From the NCBI GenBank assembly GCA_029004515.1, contig JAQVYH010000001.1:830-64829 (forward strand): 64,000 bases of DNA. Reading direction: 5' to 3'. Every line of letters begins with the position of its first letter. Position 1 is the stretch's first letter. The DNA is from Eubacteriales bacterium (GTDB taxonomy: Bacteria; Bacillota; Clostridia; Monoglobales; UMGS1388). The notes beneath the pieces were generated by a model, which ran no database searches, had not been told where the DNA came from, and saw only the letters and a program-made list of their open reading frames with translations. The translations under genes and the position numbers were made by a program. Below are positions 22,599 to 30,581 of the stretch, piece after piece.

Positions 22599-24272
22599 AT
22601 GTTGGAAAAATATTTACCACGAACAGAGTTTGACTCCTATGAGGATTTCAAACAAAATTATAGAGTTAATGTTCCCGCTAACTTCAACTTCGGGTTCGAT
22701 ATTGTAGATGGATGGGCGAAGGAAAAGCCTGATCTTCAAGCTCTCGTATGGTGTAATGACCGCGGAGAGGAAAAGAGTTTCACATTCACCGATATTATGA
22801 AGCTTTCTAACAGAGCAGCAAACTTCTTTGCCTCAAAAGGCATCAAGAAGGGCGACGTTGTTCTTCAGATAATGCGCCGACGTTGGGAATATTGGGTTAT
22901 CGCTACTGCTCTTTGCAAGCTTGGTGCTGTTGTTATTCCAGCAACACTTCAGCTTACCGCAAAGGATATTGCATACCGCATAAATGCATCAAAGGCAAAG
23001 ATGCTTGTATGTGTAGCAGATGAATATGTTGTTGAACAGGCAGAACTTGCAGAGTCAGAATGTCCTACTCTTGTTGGCAAGGCTATTGTCGAAGGGGAGA
23101 GAGATGGTTGGATTGACTTCGAAAAGGAATTCATGAATTTCCCTGATACATATGAGCGTCCAACAGGTGCAGATGCTAATGCAACAGAAGACATAATGCT
23201 TATATATTTTACATCAGGTACAACAGGTATGCCAAAGATGGTTGAGCATAATTTCTCACATCCACTTGGCCATATTGTAACTGCGAAATATTGGCATCAG
23301 GTACAGGAAGGTAAGCTACATATGTCCATAACAGACTCCGGTTGGGCAAAGTTTGGCTGGGGCAAGATATATGGACAGTGGATCTGCGGTGCGACTATCT
23401 TCTGCTACGACATGGATAAATTTATCCCTGAAAAGGTACTTGAAAAGGTTGAAAAGTACAAGATTACAACCTTCTGTTGTCCACCAACAATGTATCGTTT
23501 TATGCTTCAGGAAGACCTTACAAAGTATGACCTTTCGAGCATTGAGCATTGTACAAGTGCTGGTGAGCCTCTTAATCCGGAGGTTGTTAAAAAGTGGAAG
23601 GAATACACAGGACATATGATTCACGAAGGCTTTGGTCAAACGGAATCTACTGTTATTTTCGCAAACTTCCAGTGGTTTGATGTTAAGGTTGGCTCTATGG
23701 GTAAGCCAGCACCACTATATGATATCGATTTGATAGATTCAGAGGGCAACACTACTGATGACGGTGACGAAGGTCTTATCGTTGTAAGGGGTGTTCGAGA
23801 GAATATTCCGACAGGTCTTTTTGTTGGATACTATCAGAACGAAGAACTCACACGCGAAGCCCTTCATGGCGACTATTACAGCACTGGTGATAAGGCATGG
23901 CGTGATAGTGATGGACATTATTGGTTCGTTGGAAGAAGCGACGATGTAATTAAGTGTTCAGGCTATCGAATTGGACCTTTTGAGGTTGAAAGTGCCCTTA
24001 TCGAGCATAAGGCTGTTGTTGAATGCGCAGTTACTGCTGTTCCTCATCCAGTAAGAGGTCAGGTTGTTAAAGCAACTGTTGTTCTTGCAAATGGCTATGA
24101 GCCATCGGACGAATTAATCAAGGAACTTCAGGAACATGTTAAGCATTCTACTGCTCCATACAAATATCCTCGAATTGTTGAGTTTGTTGATGAACTTCCA
24201 AAAACTGTTGGCGGTAAAATCAAGAGAGCACTCATCAGACAGATGGATGAAGAAAAATACAAATTAGACTAA
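22599..24272 (+). CDS. AMP-forming acyl-CoA synthetase (medium-chain/AcsM-like)
   Basis: AMP-binding motif YFTSGTTGMPKMVEH, plus GQTES, YSTGDKAWRDSDGHYWFVGRSDDVIK and PKTVGGKIKR. Confidence 0.9.
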   Translation: MLEKYLPRTEFDSYEDFKQNYRVNVPANFNFGFDIVDGWAKEKPDLQALVWCNDRGEEKSFTFTDIMKLSNRAANFFASKGIKKGDVVLQIMRRRWEYWVIATALCKLGAVVIPATLQLTAKDIAYRINASKAKMLVCVADEYVVEQAELAESECPTLVGKAIVEGERDGWIDFEKEFMNFPDTYERPTGADANATEDIMLIYFTSGTTGMPKMVEHNFSHPLGHIVTAKYWHQVQEGKLHMSITDSGWAKFGWGKIYGQWICGATIFCYDMDKFIPEKVLEKVEKYKITTFCCPPTMYRFMLQEDLTKYDLSSIEHCTSAGEPLNPEVVKKWKEYTGHMIHEGFGQTESTVIFANFQWFDVKVGSMGKPAPLYDIDLIDSEGNTTDDGDEGLIVVRGVRENIPTGLFVGYYQNEELTREALHGDYYSTGDKAWRDSDGHYWFVGRSDDVIKCSGYRIGPFEVESALIEHKAVVECAVTAVPHPVRGQVVKATVVLANGYEPSDELIKELQEHVKHSTAPYKYPRIVEFVDELPKTVGGKIKRALIRQMDEEKYKLD

Positions 24273-24280
24273 TCAATAAA

Positions 24281-24314
24281 ACAGGCAGAAGGGCTAAGCT
24301 TTCTGCCTGTTTTT
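24281..24314 (+). terminator. Rho-independent terminator after the acyl-CoA synthetase gene
   Basis: ACAGGCAGAA (24281-24290) and TTCTGCCTGT (24301-24310) form the stem, followed by TTTT. Confidence 0.8.
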
Positions 24315-24328
24315 AGTAGGTGATACAT

Positions 24329-25072
24329 ATGAAAAGGATTTTGAAAGCCATTCTTATTATTATTGGGATTGCATTGATGGCTGATGCTTTTGTTCTTGGA
24401 ATCGTAGGCAATTTCAATGTTGGTATTATTGCTACATTTGGTCTTGGCGTTGTGACCTTTGCGTACGGCGGCTTTGACAAACAGGTAAACAAGGTCATTC
24501 CTAAATGGCTTCGGTATGTGATTGTATTTGGTGTGTGCTGTGTACTAATAATGACAGTATTCTTAGCTGTGTACGGAAATGTAGATACGGCAGATTACAA
24601 TGAAGATGCCCTAATTGTGTTGGGCGCAGGTATTAAGGGGGAATATCCCTCTTTGCCTCTTGTTCGCAGGCTAGATAGGGCGGTTGAGTATTATAAAAAG
24701 AATCCCGAAGTTGTTATTGTTGTTACAGGTGGGCAAGGGTTTCAGGAGGATATTACCGAAGCGCTTGCAATGGAAAGATATCTTGTAAATAAGGGCGTGC
24801 CTGCTTATAATATTATCAAAGAAGAAAAGGCAACAAGCACATATGAAAACTTCAGGTTTTCCAAAGAGATTCTTGATAAGAAATTTATAGAAGAATACAA
24901 AATTGCCTTTGTTACTAACGATTTTCATATATATCGTGCATCCCGTCTAGCAAAATCCGCTGGTTTTGAGACGGCATCCCACATCAGCGGAATAACCGAG
25001 TGGTATACTCTGCCGGTGAATTATCTAAGAGAATGTTTGGCAATAGTGAAATTATGGATATTTAAAACATAA
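24329..25072 (+). CDS. DUF218 / YdcF-SanA-like membrane protein
   Basis: N-terminal TM helices, then ALIVLGAGIKGEYPS...VVTGGQG...EALAMERYL...TSTYENF, typical of DUF218. AGGTG RBS sits before the ATG at 24329; the track ORF starts at a GTG at 24320. Confidence 0.8.
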   Translation: MKRILKAILIIIGIALMADAFVLGIVGNFNVGIIATFGLGVVTFAYGGFDKQVNKVIPKWLRYVIVFGVCCVLIMTVFLAVYGNVDTADYNEDALIVLGAGIKGEYPSLPLVRRLDRAVEYYKKNPEVVIVVTGGQGFQEDITEALAMERYLVNKGVPAYNIIKEEKATSTYENFRFSKEILDKKFIEEYKIAFVTNDFHIYRASRLAKSAGFETASHISGITEWYTLPVNYLRECLAIVKLWIFKT

Positions 25073-25074
25073 AA

Positions 25075-25217
25075 GGCTGATAAAAAATGCACATAATGAA
25101 CGAACTTCACCGCTCAATGTATTTATATATACACCATCGGGACGGGTGCACGACACCCTTTCAGTACGTCCATTCTGCACTATTTTTTCTGGAGCCTTGG
25201 CTATAAAAAATGCACAC
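25075..25217 (+). repeat. Copy B of the dispersed structured intergenic repeat family
   Basis: GGCTGATAAAAAATGCACA head, AATGAACGAACTTCACC (25095-25111), ACACCATCGGG, TTCAGTACGTCCATTC (25160-25175), and a second GGCTATAAAAAATGCACA head at 25199-25216. Confidence 0.7.
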
Positions 25218-25222
25218 AAAAA

Positions 25223-25245
25223 AGACAGTTCACTTTGAACTGTCT
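25223..25245. terminator. Bidirectional terminator hairpin between convergent genes
   Basis: AGACAGTTC / GAACTGTCT stem with an A-run upstream and a T-run downstream. Confidence 0.7.
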
Positions 25246-25252
25246 TTTTAAT

Positions 25253-25804
25253 TTACTTTATGAAACACTCAATTTTATCTGTATCGCTTAGCAGATATTC
25301 TGCTGTAGTTGACCTTTGCTGGGTTTCTCTGTTTTCATCAGGATAATATACCTTTTGTGTGACTTTAGCGGTTAATTCATCGGATGTTTTTATATCGAGC
25401 ATTAGTGAATAATTGGCGAAATCAGAGGGGTTATCCATAAATCCAAACTCTACATGCAAAGCCCTATCATAGCCCGGAATCTTCCCTACAGGGATTGTCA
25501 TGGTAAATGTATTATCTTTGCCGCACATCTTATATGCAACTGAGTTGTTTGGTCTTCCCTCGTAGCCTGTATCGTTGATATCACTTAACTTTGATAACAG
25601 GGGCTTAGTGCCGTCGAATTTATATGAAACCTCGCAATCCTTTAGTGATACTAGCTTATCATCAACTGTGAGCATAACCTGGACTACTGTTTTATCGATA
25701 TTTGCTTGCATATTGTCATATTTACCCAGAAAAAATTTAGTTTCAACTCCCAAAATAAGAGCTATGGCAATAATGAGTATAACAGCTGTGCGTTTACTAA
25801 TCAT
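25253..25804 (-). CDS. Hypothetical membrane-anchored protein
   Basis: Likely start MISKRTAVILIIAIALILG (a single TM). The longer track ORF (to 25879) would run into the rpsR terminator. I recognise no family. Confidence 0.55.
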   Translation of the reverse strand: MISKRTAVILIIAIALILGVETKFFLGKYDNMQANIDKTVVQVMLTVDDKLVSLKDCEVSYKFDGTKPLLSKLSDINDTGYEGRPNNSVAYKMCGKDNTFTMTIPVGKIPGYDRALHVEFGFMDNPSDFANYSLMLDIKTSDELTAKVTQKVYYPDENRETQQRSTTAEYLLSDTDKIECFIK

Positions 25805-25876
25805 AATTTGTTTTATCTCTCTTTCAGCTTTTTGAAATATTCTAACACAGATAATATATTTTGTCCATATAACAAG

Positions 25877-25913
25877 CAAAAAAATACTGCATAGCAGTTA
25901 AGCTATGCAGTAT
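25877..25913 (-). terminator. Rho-independent terminator of rpsF-ssb-rpsR
   Basis: On the minus strand ATACTGCATAGC-TTAACT-GCTATGCAGTAT is followed by TTTTTTTG. It starts 15 nt beyond the rpsR stop. Confidence 0.85.
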
Positions 25914-25928
25914 TGTGATTTACTAAAA

Positions 25929-26171
25929 TCAATCAGTAGAAAATGGAAGAATTGCAATATGTCTTGCTCTCTTAATTGCAGTTGTAACCAATCTCTGATG
26001 CTTAGCGCAGTTACCGCTGATTCTTCTAGGAACAATCTTTGCTCTCTCTGTAAGATATCTGCGGAGTCTTGCTGTATCTTTGTAATCGATGTGTTCAATC
26101 TTATCAACACAGAACTGACAAGGCTTTCTTCTTGCCTTTCTGTTTCTAGGTCTTTCTGTTCTTTCAGCCAT
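25929..26171 (-). CDS. rpsR: 30S ribosomal protein S18
   Basis: [32 protein letters not shown]...[12 protein letters not shown] is typical of S18. Confidence 0.95.
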   Translation of the reverse strand: MAERTERPRNRKARRKPCQFCVDKIEHIDYKDTARLRRYLTERAKIVPRRISGNCAKHQRLVTTAIKRARHIAILPFSTD

Positions 26172-26215
26172 GTTTAGCAACTCCTTTCGTAAATTAAATC
26201 AGAATTAATAATTAA

Positions 26216-26641
26216 TTAGAATGGCAAATTGTCGTCTGTTCCATATGTTGTAACAAATCCCTGCTTTTCAAAGCCGTCATTGTCAAAACCATTGTTGTTA
26301 CCACCGGCTTGGTCATCATTTCGCTTATCACCGCAGAAATTAACCTCGTCAGCAACAACTTCTGTAACATATCTCTTATTGCCGTTTGCATCATCATATG
26401 ATCTTGTCTGGAGACTTCCCACAACATTTATCATTCTGCCCTTAGTAAAATAACGGCTGACAAATTCTGCAGTTTGGCGCCATGCAACAACATTGATGAA
26501 GTCTGCTTGTCTTTCCTCTCCGCTTCTCTGGAAGCGGCGGTCGACAGCCACCGTAAATGAGCATACGGAAACATCAGATGCCGTAGTTTTAAGTTCGGGA
26601 TCTCTTGCGAGACGACCCATTATAATAACTTTGTTCAGCAT
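26216..26641 (-). CDS. ssb: Single-stranded DNA-binding protein
   Basis: MLNKVIIMGRLARDPELKTT...FINVVAWRQTAE OB fold, a Gly/Asn-rich tail and a C-terminal DDNLPF tip. Confidence 0.95.
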   Translation of the reverse strand: MLNKVIIMGRLARDPELKTTASDVSVCSFTVAVDRRFQRSGEERQADFINVVAWRQTAEFVSRYFTKGRMINVVGSLQTRSYDDANGNKRYVTEVVADEVNFCGDKRNDDQAGGNNNGFDNDGFEKQGFVTTYGTDDNLPF

Positions 26642-26653
26642 AATGACCTCTCC

Positions 26654-26962
26654 TTACTCTTGTGGTAATTCGTCACGACGAACGATGATTGAGCGAATAA
26701 CACCATCGGTGATTCTGTAAATTCTGTCTAATTCACTTGGGAATTCAGGCTTTGCTGAAAATTTAATAAGAGTGTAGAAACCTTCATTCTTAAAGTTGAT
26801 TGCGTATGCAAGCTTTCTCATACCCCAAACATCAACCTTTTCAACTTCACCATTTTTCGCAATCAGGTTCTGGATTTTCTCGAGAATAGCCTGAGTTTCC
26901 TCTTCGGTCTTATCCATATCGATAACCATGACTGTTTCATACTTGTTGATAACTTCTGTCAT
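26654..26962 (-). CDS. rpsF: 30S ribosomal protein S6
   Basis: NKYETVMVIDMDKTEEE...VDVWGMRKLAYAI...GFY is typical of S6. It is the first gene of the rpsF-ssb-rpsR operon. Confidence 0.95.
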   Translation of the reverse strand: MTEVINKYETVMVIDMDKTEEETQAILEKIQNLIAKNGEVEKVDVWGMRKLAYAINFKNEGFYTLIKFSAKPEFPSELDRIYRITDGVIRSIIVRRDELPQE

Positions 26963-26989
26963 TTTAAATACACCTCCTTCTGGACTTTG

Positions 26990-27008
26990 GCCCTGCTAAA
27001 CGCAGAGC
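26990..27008 (-). promoter_or_regulatory. Hairpin in the rpsF 5' leader (possible S6:S18 autoregulatory element)
   Basis: On the minus strand GCUCUGC-GUUUA-GCAGGGC forms a 7-bp stem about 20 nt upstream of the GGAGG RBS. Confidence 0.3.
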
Positions 27009-27022
27009 AAGGACAATTACAG

Positions 27023-27051
27023 ATTATATAACAAATGTCAATCTTTGTCAA
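27023..27051 (-). promoter_or_regulatory. Consensus sigma-A promoter of rpsF-ssb-rpsR
   Basis: The minus strand reads TTGACA, then a 17-nt spacer, then TATAAT. Both hexamers are perfect. Confidence 0.7.
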
Positions 27052-27085
27052 GCATAAAATTCATTTGCTTCCTATTTAGTATAAA

Positions 27086-28198
27086 TTACCAGTACATTTT
27101 CCAGTCAGGGTTCTTAACACGCATAAGCGCTTCGAGGAAGTAGTAATCACCCCAGATGTTACATTCAGGCTTATGCCCTGCGTTCCAGTTGTACATACCG
27201 TCTGTGAGGAGACCGTTAGAAACCTTACCCGTTGTCATATAGTTGTCAATGAGTGAATGGAGAATGTTTTCTGCAACCTCGATATATTTTGGATCATGAA
27301 TATATTTATCCATTTCAAGCATACCACATACTGCGATTGCACCTGATGAGCTATCACGAGGCATATCGTCACCATCAGTAAATACAAGATCCCAAAAAGG
27401 TACATTATCCTTAGGAAGATGACCTATAAAGTAGTCTGTGATTCGCTTGTATTCATTAATAATTTTTTCTTCTTTTGTATAATCAAAGCTAAGGGCAGTA
27501 CCGTATACACCCCAAGCCTGACCTCTTGCCCAGCATGAATCATCTGCATAACCCTGATGTGTCACGCCCTTGAGCTTCTTGCCTGTTTCAGGGTCAAAGA
27601 ATACTGTGTGATATGTAGAACCATCTTCTCTTGTAACTGTTGCAAGAGCGGTTTTGAGATGTTTATATGCAATTTCGTGGTACTTCTTATCCCCACTTGC
27701 CTCTGTTGACCAGTAAAGAAGCGGAAGATTAAGAAGACAGTCGATAATAAAACGATAGTTATCAGGAGCACCGATTGTACCCCAAGCTTGAATAAATTCA
27801 CCCTTTTCGTGATATCTTTCAAGAAGTGTATTAGCAGCTGTTAGGGCAACTCTCTTCGCAAGGTCGTTTCCTGTAAGCTTGTACTGTGCAACAGCTGAGA
27901 GGGAATAAAGGAAGCCGAGATCGTGAGTATCGATATCTGTTCTTGTGTCGATTCTGTTACGGAAAGCTTCAAGCTGGAATTCAGCAGTTTCCTTGAAGAT
28001 CTTCTTGCCTGTTAATTCATATGAAAGCCAAAGCATACCTGTCCAGAAGCTTTCTGTCCATGAACAGATTTTTCTTGCAGGATATACAAGGTTTACGCTC
28101 TGTTCCTCAGGAAAAAGCTCTGTAAAGGTAGGAATCGCCTTTTCAATAACATCAACGCTATATTCTATGGCGCTGTCAATTTTTTTCATATCAAACAT
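27086..28198 (-). CDS. Glycoside hydrolase family 88 (unsaturated glucuronyl hydrolase-like)
   Basis: 370 aa with DTHDLGFLY, QAWG, CWARGQAWGVYG and FWDL motifs typical of GH88. No signal peptide. Confidence 0.82.
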   Translation of the reverse strand: MFDMKKIDSAIEYSVDVIEKAIPTFTELFPEEQSVNLVYPARKICSWTESFWTGMLWLSYELTGKKIFKETAEFQLEAFRNRIDTRTDIDTHDLGFLYSLSAVAQYKLTGNDLAKRVALTAANTLLERYHEKGEFIQAWGTIGAPDNYRFIIDCLLNLPLLYWSTEASGDKKYHEIAYKHLKTALATVTREDGSTYHTVFFDPETGKKLKGVTHQGYADDSCWARGQAWGVYGTALSFDYTKEEKIINEYKRITDYFIGHLPKDNVPFWDLVFTDGDDMPRDSSSGAIAVCGMLEMDKYIHDPKYIEVAENILHSLIDNYMTTGKVSNGLLTDGMYNWNAGHKPECNIWGDYYFLEALMRVKNPDWKMYW

Positions 28199-28290
28199 AG
28201 ATATTACCCTCCTGTAGGTAAGATTACCGAAATTTTCTATATTATATAATACTTTTTCAAATGGGTCAAGTGCTTAGCAATGGGGATTAT

Positions 28291-28542
28291 AAAAAATGTA
28301 GAACACATAAAACCTGTTATATCGGCGTTGTCAGCAAATATAAGGGATTTTGCGAACTGCAAAAAAAGGGGGCTGTAGAAAAATGCGCAGACCCATTGTA
28401 TGAACAAACTTCACCTCTCGGCGTACCATCGTACGCCTTCGGGTAACCCTGTGGTTCAGTTTGTCCATTCTTCATCATTTTTCGTCAGCCCCCAAAGGGG
28501 CTATAGTCAGCCCGATTATTAAAATCGTTTTGCTACAGCCCC
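28291..28542 (+). repeat. Copy A (most complete) of the dispersed structured intergenic repeat family
   Basis: Inverted repeat GGGGCTGTAG (28369-28378) / CTACAGCCCC (28533-28542). Internal TATGAACAAACTTCACC (28399-28415), perfect hairpin GGCGTAC-CATC-GTACGCC (28420-28437), TTCAGTTTGTCCATTC (28455-28470) and AGCCCC-CAAA-GGGGCT (28488-28503). Confidence 0.75.
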
Positions 28543-28576
28543 TTTTCTTTGTTTTTTTGCGGTATTTAACTTGATT

Positions 28577-29311
28577 TTAAAATAGGTCTTTTGGATTAAT
28601 CGATTTATCATTTTCCAGAACTTCAAAGTGAAGATGAGCACCATCGCCACTTTCGGCAGTTGCAGTTACTCCTACATTACCAATGGGTGCACCAGCCTCA
28701 ACAAAATTACCTACGCTTACAGGTAGATTTGGCTGAAGACTACTGTACTTTGTAACCATAATATCAGAATGTCTTAAAATCAGTGTTGGTCCATAGAGCG
28801 GATCGTCATAGATTTTTTCTACAGTGCCTGCTGCCGCCGCCTTTACTACTGCTCCCACATCTCCTTGTATATCCAGTGCTGTATGGGTACGCCAATCACG
28901 AAGGGTTTTGTTATATAGCAGCTTGTCCGCAGAATAATCCTGAATAATCGTACCGTTGAGAGGAAGTGCGAATTTAATATCCTTTGCTGATGCTGGAGCA
29001 GTTATAGGCTCGGCATCTTCTTGGGATTCAGCTTCGGAGGGATCGGTCACTTCTTCAAGATCAGGCATGACTATTTCGTTTAGGTCTGGGTTATAAGGGG
29101 TTTCCTCGGTAATATCGGGGGCTTCAATAGGAGGGTTCATAGATAGAGCCTTGTCTACTTCTTCTTCCATAGCTGCTTTTCTGCTATTGATAAATCCTGT
29201 TGCACATACTGCCACAAGAAGAAAAAGAGCAAGGGTGTATAGTGACTTTGGCGTTTTTGTCTCCTTTTTGCTCGTGTTATGTTGGTATCTTGTCTGTTTC
29301 ATAATAATCAA
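28577..29311 (-). CDS. M23-family peptidoglycan metalloendopeptidase, membrane-anchored
   Basis: N-terminal TM LYTLALFLLVAVCATGFI. C-terminal M23 motifs WRTHTALDI, GAPIGNVG and GAHLHFEV. Confidence 0.85.
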   Translation of the reverse strand: MIIMKQTRYQHNTSKKETKTPKSLYTLALFLLVAVCATGFINSRKAAMEEEVDKALSMNPPIEAPDITEETPYNPDLNEIVMPDLEEVTDPSEAESQEDAEPITAPASAKDIKFALPLNGTIIQDYSADKLLYNKTLRDWRTHTALDIQGDVGAVVKAAAAGTVEKIYDDPLYGPTLILRHSDIMVTKYSSLQPNLPVSVGNFVEAGAPIGNVGVTATAESGDGAHLHFEVLENDKSINPKDLF

Positions 29312-29403
29312 TCCTTTCTAATTATTGATGTAGAAGTATATGGTAATTATGCCCAGTGTCTAAAAAAATATACAATCGAAGGTTTTTATAGTTAAAAAAG
29401 TGG

Positions 29404-29432
29404 TTGACTATGTGAAAAGTTGGGAGTATAAT
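29404..29432 (+). promoter_or_regulatory. Near-consensus sigma-A promoter of serC-serA
   Basis: TTGACT (29404-29409), a 17-nt spacer, then TATAAT (29427-29432), about 35 nt upstream of the serC ATG. Confidence 0.65.
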
Positions 29433-29467
29433 AGGCTTTATATTATTATAGGTAGGTGTCATTTTTT

Positions 29468-30547
29468 ATGAACAGAGTTTACAATTTTTCAGCTGGTCCA
29501 TCAATGCTTCCTGAATCAGTTCTTAAAAGAGCAGCAGACGAAATGCTTTGCTATGGCGATACAGGTATGAGCGTTATGGAAATGAGCCATCGTTCAAAGC
29601 CATATCAGGCAATTATTGACGAGGCTGAAGCATTACTCAGAGAACTTATGAACATACCAGAGAACTATAAGGTTCTTTTCCTTCAGGGCGGTGCATCGTC
29701 ACAGTTTGCTATGGTACCACTTAACCTTTTTGGCTTTGGTGCAAAGGCTGACTTTGTTAACACAGGTGCATGGGCAAAGAAGGCAGCAAAGGAAGCTTCC
29801 CGTTATGGCGTAGCTAACATCGTTGCGTCTTCTGAAGACAAGACCTATTCATATATTCCAGAGCTTGACAGCTCTAAGTTTGACCCAGAGGCTTCGTATT
29901 TCCACATCACAGCGAACAACACAATTTACGGAACTAGATTTACAGAGCTTCCAAAGGTTGGGAATGTTCCTCTTGTTGCAGATATGTCATCTAATATCCT
30001 TTCGCAGGTTTATGATGTAAACGAGTTTGGTATTATCTATGCTGGTGCGCAGAAGAATATGGGTCCTGCCGGCGTAACACTTGTTATCATCCGTGAAGAC
30101 CTTATTGGCAAGGCTTTAGATATTTGTCCAACAATGTTTGACTATAAGACACATTCAGATAATGGCTCAATGTTCAACACTCCTCCAACATATTCAATCT
30201 ATATTTGTAAGATGGTTTATGAATGGATTAAGGAGCTTGGCGGCGTTGAAGCTATGGAAAAGATCAATATCGAAAAGGCAAATATTCTCTATAATTTCCT
30301 TGACGAATCAAATATGTTCAAGGGCACAGTAGAAGTTAAGGACCGTTCACTTATGAATGTTCCATTCGTTACAGGTAACGAAGAACTCGATGCAAAGTTC
30401 ATTCAGGAAGCTTCAGCTAAGGGCTTTGTAAGCCTTAAGGGTCACAGATCAGTTGGCGGTATGCGTGCAAGTATCTATAATGCTATGCCTACTGAGGGTG
30501 TTAAGGCACTTGTTGACTTTATGAAGGACTTTGAGGCACACAACTAA
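29468..30547 (+). CDS. serC: Phosphoserine aminotransferase
   Basis: MNRVYNFSAGPSMLPESVL...MEMSHRSK...GAQKNMGPAGVT is typical of SerC. The track ORF opens at a GTG at 29456, but the ATG at 29468 gives the canonical N-terminus. Confidence 0.94.
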   Translation: MNRVYNFSAGPSMLPESVLKRAADEMLCYGDTGMSVMEMSHRSKPYQAIIDEAEALLRELMNIPENYKVLFLQGGASSQFAMVPLNLFGFGAKADFVNTGAWAKKAAKEASRYGVANIVASSEDKTYSYIPELDSSKFDPEASYFHITANNTIYGTRFTELPKVGNVPLVADMSSNILSQVYDVNEFGIIYAGAQKNMGPAGVTLVIIREDLIGKALDICPTMFDYKTHSDNGSMFNTPPTYSIYICKMVYEWIKELGGVEAMEKINIEKANILYNFLDESNMFKGTVEVKDRSLMNVPFVTGNEELDAKFIQEASAKGFVSLKGHRSVGGMRASIYNAMPTEGVKALVDFMKDFEAHN

Positions 30548-30581
30548 TCTGTGTGATAAAGAAAAGGAAGGTAAATACACA

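Noticed and set aside
28261-28500. Possible small proteins encoded by the repeat family: the track ORF 28261-28446 (+), and a 53-codon minus-strand ORF (MMKNGQTEPQGYPKAYDGTPRGEV...) with partly similar frames in the copies at 25 kb and 46 kb.
   Set aside because: The copy at 11.5 kb has an in-frame stop, start codons and RBSs are not conserved, and the lengths differ (24, 42 and 53 codons). The apparent conservation (NGQTE, AYDGT/AYEGT) coincides with the nucleotide-level arms and hairpin. DNA or RNA structure explains it better than coding.
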